IMG/VR virus record: IMGVR_UViG_3300045988_113377
Location: 1 to 64,000 of that record
Origin: a virus
DNA length: 64,000 nt
Direction: 5' to 3' (one strand)
The notes under the pieces were generated by a model. The model was not told the DNA's origin, did no database searches, and saw only the letters and a list, made by a program, of their open reading frames with translations. A program made the position numbers and the translations under genes. Shown piece after piece: positions 57,043 to 64,000 of the stretch. Within the stretch, counting starts at the first letter, position 1. Every line of letters begins with the position of its first letter.

Positions 57043-60000
57043 TCAACACTCCTTATTTAACTCATTTATCGAATCCGAATTATCAGAACCTTCTACGAGA
57101 TTCTTATTCCTATCTATCTCTTCCTGGCTCATATTACTCATCATATTTTGTATTTTTCTACCAGATTGAGATAAAGAGCGGATGAATGCACTGGAACTTA
57201 TCTTAACTCCAAGATCCGGTTTTGCCCTAAACGCTTCACCGGTACTGATATTATACAAATCATACACACCTGAGTTCATATAGAATTTATATATCCAGTT
57301 TCCACCAGCTTTTTTGTACCCTAATTTGGTTAACTCGACTACACTCATACCAAATTTAATGCCATTACGACCCATTATCTTCTCCGGTATAGGTTCTACC
57401 TTAGCCGGAACAGATGTATATGCTTCATCACCGCCGTACAGGAAATAAGGGGTTGTCACCCTTGATATGTGAGTAAGCGGTTCTTCGGATATACGAGGCT
57501 CGTCTTTCGCAGCCTTATATTCTTCCCTTGGATTGGATATCCTAATAAAAGGATCGTATGTCAAAAAGGTTAAGCCGTATTCTACTTTATAACCTGATAC
57601 GCCGTTAAGATCCCTTATAGCCTTAGTCGTATGCGAGTGATTGATGGTGTCTATACCATACCTTGATTCCATATCGGTCATAATACTATTAACCTCATCT
57701 CCCTCTACATAAACCTCTTCTCCTTCCGGGATAGAGGTTATGCCGGCAGCCCTTCTAAGTAGCCATAAAGTGACTTCAGCAATGTCAGAGAACTTATCTC
57801 CGTTCTTCCTATAGTTATCTACTCTTCCTTCTTCATATCCAGGTAATTCGATATTTCCTTTAACTTCGACATTTGTTCTGGATTGTCCTTTGCCTTCTCC
57901 ATCTCCCTTTTTATCGCCATCTTCCTCAGTGCGTACTGCACCGCCTTCTGCACTTCCTTCTTTTCCATCATTTAAAATATTATCTGATTCTGACTCTATA
58001 GACTCCACGACAGCATCATACTCTGGTATGCCGCTAAGGAAATCTGCTACGTTATTCAAAAACTCTATTTTTTCCTCGTTTGTCATATCAAGGCTTTCCA
58101 CGGGCTCCCATATGGCAGGCAAGTTGTTTGATTTTATTGCAGTAGAAACATCTTCTACAGTTTTATTATCCACCGTAGGCAAAACTTTAGAAACCAAACT
58201 ATTGATATCAGATTCCATTTTTTCTACTTCCTCTTTTGTGCCATATTCTTTTAGGGTATCCATGCCATTGACTCTAAGAGAATAATTCAAAGCCTTGCTT
58301 GGAACAAAATTAATATATTTCAAAAAGTTTTTCAACTCTGATATAATTTGTTCGTCAGATCTTGGCCCAACATAATCAACCACCACCTGATCTGTTTGAG
58401 AACGAAGCCAAGAAACGTATTCTTCTAAGGTCTTACCACCTTTACTGGAAGGAGTGGATATTTTATCACCTACTGTTCCTTTAGGTTCTAATCCCATTTC
58501 TTCCTTAAGGCTTTTAGGATTACCTCTCTCACGAAGAAACCTCAAATCACCTCCTACAATCTTCCTTGCTATAAAATCAAAAATATTAGCATAAGACGGC
58601 AATCCTTCTTTTTCTATATGAGATTCTATTTCGTTTAACATAAGAGAGAAGTTTTTCCTGGAGGTACGCTTCTTGCCAGGTAAAGACCACGCAGCTTGTG
58701 CCGCAGGAGTCGGCTGAGCTAATGGCGCCGGCTGAGTCTCCCGGACAGCCCCTTCCTCTGGCATTTCCTCTTCATAAACATCCACGTCTTCTTTAGAAGT
58801 AACGGTCTTACCCTCATCAGAGAAAGGAAGATCATCCTCTATAAGTGATTTAGGTCTGGAAGATGATTTACCAAACTGAATCCTGATCTTAGGAGCGACA
58901 AACATCTCACCTTCGAAATCTATTCCAGATTCTACTTCAGACGTCACAATGTCTTTCACACTCCTACTTCCATCTTCTACCCACTTAACAACATCAGGAA
59001 CCGTAGATAATTTTTCTATAGCCTCACGAGCTTTTCTAAGCCCTGAAATAGGATTCAAATACGATACTTGATACGAAGCCGGATCAAGGCCTAACTTGGT
59101 TAGATACGCATTAAGATCTTGTATATCATCTTGACCCATCTGTAGCAATTCAGAATCACCAGATTCAAGCAGCATATCTATAAAAGACATCCATTTCTGC
59201 CCTTCCTCTGATTCCACAGAACGTAGGCTAACTGGGAAAAGATAATTAAGACCGTTTTTACCTTTGATGACAACTACCGGAACTCTTACATTTTTGTAAT
59301 TATTCCCCTTGTCATTTAATATAGAATAAGCAAATGGGAAGCCTGTGTATTTAGATCCGTTCTTAAGCACGACTTTGCCATTTAATACATATCCGACATC
59401 AGATACTTTTTCAGCACCTTTTTCGGTAATAGGGAGATTTTCTACCTGGCCATATCCTTGACCGTTCACCTTCATGTTAAACACCGGTCTTCCGGGAAGA
59501 GTCTGGGCAACAACATGCGTGCCGACGCCGATGGTAGCCGACCGGCCGGCGTCCTTCTTCCACTTGTTGAAAGCCGTTCTTCTTATCTTACTTATACCAT
59601 CTATGCCTCCTGTATCAGCTTTTACAACAGAAACGAATCTGTTCCCACTCATGACCTTGATAACCATATTGGATACCAGTTTATTCTCAGCAGATTCTAT
59701 TCTTTTTTTATCGCCGGACTGAACAGCGTCATTGTATTCGGCAAAAAGAGACTGATTATAGGTATCATTTACATCTATTTCGAGATTGACCTTATCTCCT
59801 TTTTTCAAAGAAGATAATGCTTCCTGATCTATTTTATCTACCTCATTCTCTCCGAATCCGACACCTGTTCTGTACGGAACCAATTCATCTGAATCAAGAC
59901 GCTTATAAACCAAAGAATAGGAATTACCCACGTCCTGAATAGACACATCTGTGTAGCGATTAAGAACACGAGCCGATTCTTTGTCTATAGACCATCTCGC

Positions 60001-63000
60001 ATGATAAGGCAATTCAATTATAGTAGCCGTTTCTCCACCTATATTAAGAGAATACCTTTTAGTGCCATTAGCGTTCGTTTCAGAGCTTATTTGAATAGGA
60101 ACCAATGATTTTATAGAAGATATAAATTTATCGGCTCTAAGACCTGCAATTTCATACCTTTCGTTGCCATCGTTGGAGATTCTTCTTACCATCAACGTCT
60201 CTGGATTCTGGGCGCTATCTATGTTAGCTCCAGGCGTATTATCGGATTCATCTAACTCATTTACAAGAGAATCTATATTGGTATCATCCTCCCCAAAATT
60301 ACTTAACGTAGATTCGGAAATACGACCTTTATCAATAATCCTGTTTTGTTCGATATAAGGAAGGAGATCTGTGATGTTTCCAACTTGGCCAAGATCTTCT
60401 ATGGTAAATACCGAATCAGCAAGCTTATCTTCGTCAACCTTCTCCCCTTTATCCCGTCTGTTCATTATATCAACATACGAAGAAATAGCATCATCAAGTT
60501 CCTTCCTTTGATCTGGTTCTAAATTGGATTTAGCCATATCAATAATAGCTTTATTATCCTCATACACAGATCTCGGACTTGTAAGCCTATCAGCCTTCTC
60601 AGATAATGATTTTATGAGATTAACAGGACTGTCACCCAAAGATGATACATAATCATCAAAATCTTGTTTGTATTTATCATACACATCTTTTTCTCTCGCA
60701 GTAAGAAGATCGGCATTGCCTGTATATAGTTTATCAATTATAGACTGCCTTACGGCCGGAACCATAATAGGATTATCCATAGCAGCCTCATAATCTTCAT
60801 CCGATACAGACTCCGTAAGCGGTGACTCTTTTATATCATCTTCTGCTTCCTTCATCCTATCTTCCCTTACTTTATCAAGAGCATGCATAAAAGCCTTGAT
60901 AGTCCAAGCTTCGTCTTCCGAAATCTTACCTTCTGACACAGCTTGATCTACTACCTCATCAGTATCATATTCACCAACTTTATTAGGCTCTGCAAAATCA
61001 GGAACCTTATCATCCCCCTTATAAGGAGTAGACCATAGAGAAGACAGCGCTTTTGAAAATCCCCTGTTTTCCTCAGCTAAGAATCTTTTATCAAGCATCT
61101 TGGACAAGAAGTTATTCATATTCCTATAGCCCATCAAACTCCTTCGGTATTCATTTACCAAGGATCTCATGGCTTTGTCTTTGGCTGTAAACTTCTTTTC
61201 CTGTCTTGATTTTACATTAAAATAATCATCAAAAGCCACAAGCGTATCATAGGCTTCTATCACATCTTGTGAACTTATGGGAGAAAGAGGAGATGATAAA
61301 ACAGATTCGGTTTTACTTACCAGCTCTTCTATCGAAAACTCTTTTCCTATTAACGTTGATAACTCAGACAACGAATTGTTGTAATTGGTTCTAAGATCTT
61401 CCAATTCTTTGGTTTTTCGTTGTATGGATTCAGCTTGTGGGTCTTTTCCATCTACGTTACGGGGACGGGTAGCAAGATCTTCTATTTCGGATTCAAGTTC
61501 TTCTATTCTTGACCGTATGCCACGGATAGCCATCGCCCGCTCCCTTGCCCTGTCCGACAGCCGGGAGAACGTACTTAGAGCATCCGCCACGCGAGGCTGC
61601 CCCGAAAGCGTTTCTATGACAGAAGCTATGTCTTTCATTCTTGATTCTGATTGAAGACCAAGGAAGGCATTACGAGCCACGTATTTCCTAAACTCAATCT
61701 TAGAATCATCACCTATAAGATCTTCGGCAAAACTCTGGGCAGATCTGAAATCCGAAAGACGATTGTTATAATTATCAATAATAGAATCCTTGTATTTCTT
61801 TGCCTCTTCCAAAGACATTCCATTAGCTTCGGCTATTTCCGAAATAGGCATCATATCAATCATCTGCCTAAAATTTTCAGCCGAATCCTCTAAGGTTCCC
61901 ATTTGGTTGTCAATAGACATCTTTTCAAACATAGCATCATCAAGCTCCTTGCCAGTCATAGACTGGGCATCGGAACGAACTTGAGGCCCTAAACTCATTG
62001 ATTTTTTCAACGTATTCAAAGCCGCCGTGTTAAGATTAGAAGATGCTTTGTTGTATTCATTCACTTGCCTTTCCAGCAAGATCTGACTATTGCTATACTC
62101 TTTAACCCCAAAGAAGCCTTCCCTCATACCAAACAAAGAACCGATAATAGCACCGATTCCTATTTCAGTCCATCCTTCTTTAGACGTATATTGCTTTTTA
62201 AATCCTTCAGAAATAGCATCAAGAACATCAACGGCTCCGTTCATGGCTACATTATCATATCTTGACTTAACATATTCCTCAGCCGTATTCTGAACAGCAC
62301 CTTGAGATCCTTCTTCCCATAAGCCTTCGGACACCGGCCTTTTCATGATATTGAAAACATTGCCTGCTATCTTTTGTCCTATATTGGGATTGGTTATTTT
62401 AATAGCCATCTCTCCCGGCTTCGCAACTTCCGTCCCTAATCCAAATAAATGCTTGTTGAGCTTCTTTTCCAACCCTGGTATAGCCTTGCCTCCTAACCCT
62501 ATATACTTACCAAAAAGAAGCCAGTTAGATAATCCTACTATACCCATATTGGCGGCAAATATAGCACTACCTACATCAGCATTAGAATTACGAAAAACAG
62601 CCATTTCCTCTGCATTGGGATCACGACCATAAATCTTACGATAATAATCCTTGAAATCAGACTCAGATTGCTTCATAAAAGAATTTGCTTCAACCGATGA
62701 CTCGAATCCGGCACTGGTAGCCAACAACGTCATGGTTTTAGCCGCCTCCCCTACATTTCCTCCGGTAGCAACTCCTTTTCTTACATAGTCATTAAACACG
62801 CTTTTAAGGCTTCCTATACCCCTATTTGCAGCTTGCCTTGCTGCTAACTTAGCTCCGATTCTTCCACCTAATTTAGCACCTATATTGCCCAATGATCCAA
62901 CTCCAAGTCCTCCGGTCATGTACGCTGATATCATGGCTCCTACGGTAAAAGACATTCCGTTACCAAGGACATCATTCCATAAGAAATTACCGGTATCCTT

Positions 63001-63684
63001 AAAAAGCTTCTGACCGAAATTATAATCTTCTACCTCTTTCTTGTAATAATGGGGAAGAAGCATGTCTATTTGCTGGTCAAGATCACCTACAAACTTATCC
63101 ATGTTAGTGTTTAACGCAGCTTTGTAACTTCCCTCAGATGCCATATTGATAAGTTTGTCAGGCAATGACACAACTCCTTGTGCACCGTACAATGCGGATT
63201 TTAAAGCGAATTTGCCTACACCATTCCAAAACTTACTCCATCCGCTCTGTCTCCTGGCATAATAATCTTCATTGTTTATACCCGGAATATAGTTAGAATA
63301 TTTTGTACGCCATACCCCATCATTACCCATCTGATGACTTTCACGGATACTTACCTTCGGTCCATAGGGATTAAGAGGCGGCGGGACAGGTGTAGCCCCC
63401 CTGTAGCTGTTACGAGCCAGTGCCTCCGAGTAGCTGTTGCTTATCTCCTTGGCTATATACGGTTCTTCGTATTCGGCAGCAGCTATCCTTGATGCGTAAT
63501 CCGGAAATTTAGGTTGGGCATACACACCTTCACCAGGCATATAATTAGGAACCAGAGGTATTGTCGTCTCTGGTAATGTAGCCGGAGTGTAATTCTCTTC
63601 TTCGGCTAATTTCCTTTGCCTTGCCACATCTTCGTAAGTGGTTTTAGCAGCAGGATTATATCTATCTATATTATTGTCAGCCAT
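57043..63684 (-). CDS. giant protein (2213 aa), Gly-rich N-terminal region; probable virion/ejection-associated protein
   Basis: uninterrupted 6.6-kb ORF; GLGVGSLGNIGAKLGGRIGAKLAARQAANRGIGSL glycine-zipper-like segment. Confidence 0.7.
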   Translation of the reverse strand: MADNNIDRYNPAAKTTYEDVARQRKLAEEENYTPATLPETTIPLVPNYMPGEGVYAQPKFPDYASRIAAAEYEEPYIAKEISNSYSEALARNSYRGATPVPPPLNPYGPKVSIRESHQMGNDGVWRTKYSNYIPGINNEDYYARRQSGWSKFWNGVGKFALKSALYGAQGVVSLPDKLINMASEGSYKAALNTNMDKFVGDLDQQIDMLLPHYYKKEVEDYNFGQKLFKDTGNFLWNDVLGNGMSFTVGAMISAYMTGGLGVGSLGNIGAKLGGRIGAKLAARQAANRGIGSLKSVFNDYVRKGVATGGNVGEAAKTMTLLATSAGFESSVEANSFMKQSESDFKDYYRKIYGRDPNAEEMAVFRNSNADVGSAIFAANMGIVGLSNWLLFGKYIGLGGKAIPGLEKKLNKHLFGLGTEVAKPGEMAIKITNPNIGQKIAGNVFNIMKRPVSEGLWEEGSQGAVQNTAEEYVKSRYDNVAMNGAVDVLDAISEGFKKQYTSKEGWTEIGIGAIIGSLFGMREGFFGVKEYSNSQILLERQVNEYNKASSNLNTAALNTLKKSMSLGPQVRSDAQSMTGKELDDAMFEKMSIDNQMGTLEDSAENFRQMIDMMPISEIAEANGMSLEEAKKYKDSIIDNYNNRLSDFRSAQSFAEDLIGDDSKIEFRKYVARNAFLGLQSESRMKDIASVIETLSGQPRVADALSTFSRLSDRARERAMAIRGIRSRIEELESEIEDLATRPRNVDGKDPQAESIQRKTKELEDLRTNYNNSLSELSTLIGKEFSIEELVSKTESVLSSPLSPISSQDVIEAYDTLVAFDDYFNVKSRQEKKFTAKDKAMRSLVNEYRRSLMGYRNMNNFLSKMLDKRFLAEENRGFSKALSSLWSTPYKGDDKVPDFAEPNKVGEYDTDEVVDQAVSEGKISEDEAWTIKAFMHALDKVREDRMKEAEDDIKESPLTESVSDEDYEAAMDNPIMVPAVRQSIIDKLYTGNADLLTAREKDVYDKYKQDFDDYVSSLGDSPVNLIKSLSEKADRLTSPRSVYEDNKAIIDMAKSNLEPDQRKELDDAISSYVDIMNRRDKGEKVDEDKLADSVFTIEDLGQVGNITDLLPYIEQNRIIDKGRISESTLSNFGEDDTNIDSLVNELDESDNTPGANIDSAQNPETLMVRRISNDGNERYEIAGLRADKFISSIKSLVPIQISSETNANGTKRYSLNIGGETATIIELPYHARWSIDKESARVLNRYTDVSIQDVGNSYSLVYKRLDSDELVPYRTGVGFGENEVDKIDQEALSSLKKGDKVNLEIDVNDTYNQSLFAEYNDAVQSGDKKRIESAENKLVSNMVIKVMSGNRFVSVVKADTGGIDGISKIRRTAFNKWKKDAGRSATIGVGTHVVAQTLPGRPVFNMKVNGQGYGQVENLPITEKGAEKVSDVGYVLNGKVVLKNGSKYTGFPFAYSILNDKGNNYKNVRVPVVVIKGKNGLNYLFPVSLRSVESEEGQKWMSFIDMLLESGDSELLQMGQDDIQDLNAYLTKLGLDPASYQVSYLNPISGLRKAREAIEKLSTVPDVVKWVEDGSRSVKDIVTSEVESGIDFEGEMFVAPKIRIQFGKSSSRPKSLIEDDLPFSDEGKTVTSKEDVDVYEEEMPEEGAVRETQPAPLAQPTPAAQAAWSLPGKKRTSRKNFSLMLNEIESHIEKEGLPSYANIFDFIARKIVGGDLRFLRERGNPKSLKEEMGLEPKGTVGDKISTPSSKGGKTLEEYVSWLRSQTDQVVVDYVGPRSDEQIISELKNFLKYINFVPSKALNYSLRVNGMDTLKEYGTKEEVEKMESDINSLVSKVLPTVDNKTVEDVSTAIKSNNLPAIWEPVESLDMTNEEKIEFLNNVADFLSGIPEYDAVVESIESESDNILNDGKEGSAEGGAVRTEEDGDKKGDGEGKGQSRTNVEVKGNIELPGYEEGRVDNYRKNGDKFSDIAEVTLWLLRRAAGITSIPEGEEVYVEGDEVNSIMTDMESRYGIDTINHSHTTKAIRDLNGVSGYKVEYGLTFLTYDPFIRISNPREEYKAAKDEPRISEEPLTHISRVTTPYFLYGGDEAYTSVPAKVEPIPEKIMGRNGIKFGMSVVELTKLGYKKAGGNWIYKFYMNSGVYDLYNISTGEAFRAKPDLGVKISSSAFIRSLSQSGRKIQNMMSNMSQEEIDRNKNLVEGSDNSDSINELNKEC

Positions 63685-63994
63685 AAATTTTCTGCAAAAA
63701 ATCGTTCAACTTACTAAACTTGTCATTCATATTGGGCGTGATATTTATTCCTCTCATATACGGATCCCTCATCTGATCAAGACGTTCTTGAACAGCCTCC
63801 TTCACGTATTTTACAAAGAAGTACTGAGGACACTTCTGGTGAATGCTATTCCAGTAATCCGCATACTCATCATTACCTGGATCCAAAGGAACAAAATCCG
63901 AGAACAACAATGCAGGATTTTTAGAATTTTTAGTCCTTTTGTCATAGAAATTGACCGCTACCTCTCTTGAACCCCTGTCATCCATTCCCCCCAA
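63677..63994 (-). CDS. hypothetical protein (C-terminal 105 aa; probably continues beyond window edge)
   Basis: ORF reaching window end. Confidence 0.4.
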   Translation of the reverse strand: MGGMDDRGSREVAVNFYDKRTKNSKNPALLFSDFVPLDPGNDEYADYWNSIHQKCPQYFFVKYVKEAVQERLDQMRDPYMRGINITPNMNDKFSKLNDFLQKIYG

Positions 63995-64000
63995 CTGAAC

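Noticed and set aside
1-64000. Stop-codon reassignment (as in some crAss-like and Lak phages)
   Set aside because: The 2140-aa, 2213-aa and 752-aa late ORFs are uninterrupted under the standard code, and adjacent genes end with ordinary TAA/TGA/TAG overlaps.
1-64000. CRISPR array, reverse transcriptase/DGR/retron, integrase
   Set aside because: No regularly spaced repeat array of 24 nt or more. No RT motifs (YxDD) and no tyrosine or serine recombinase signatures seen in any translated ORF.

Overview
This 64-kb window looks like part of a large, AT-rich (about 38-40% GC) tailed dsDNA phage genome with two convergent transcription blocks. The identification is from ORF content and protein motifs only, with no database search. 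Protein calls below rest on motifs read by eye in the supplied ORF translations.

Coordinates 1-39450 form the first block. About 75 short, tightly packed plus-strand genes read like an early/replication module. They include a DnaB-like helicase, a Zn-ribbon/TOPRIM-like primase candidate, an SF2 DEAH helicase, a Cas4/RecB-like Fe-S nuclease, a DUF550-type dNTP pyrophosphohydrolase, and a frameshifted HNH homing endonuclease. They also include an acyl carrier protein, an NfeD/flotillin (SPFH) membrane pair, an orphan ABC-type ATPase, and many hypothetical proteins. A cluster of non-canonical tRNA-like elements sits near the left end.

Coordinates 39800-64000 form the second block. This minus-strand late/structural region is dominated by two giant ORFs (2140 aa and 2213 aa) and a 752-aa ORF, each followed by small paralogous proteins that begin MRRRF.

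An accessory island of about 6 kb (roughly 47575-53800) is inserted between the structural genes and bracketed by intrinsic terminators. It carries a complete 406-aa IscB (OMEGA-type RNA-guided nuclease, the Cas9 ancestor) with all four catalytic motifs intact by eye. A structured non-coding leader of about 360 nt lies directly upstream and is the expected omega-RNA position. The island also holds several unknown genes, a Bro-N/T5orf172 moron, and a gene-poor 675-bp segment with a 19-bp perfect palindrome, a triple CGGGAA repeat, and one copy of a 21-nt exact repeat whose other copy is at 3619.

Other signals: a candidate -1 programmed frameshift at an A_AAA_AAG heptamer joining two frames of a tandem paralog, a poly-A frameshift in the HNH endonuclease, and a recurrent AATTTTAAAAGTTA motif just upstream of several start codons. 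No CRISPR array, reverse transcriptase, or evidence of stop-codon recoding was seen.
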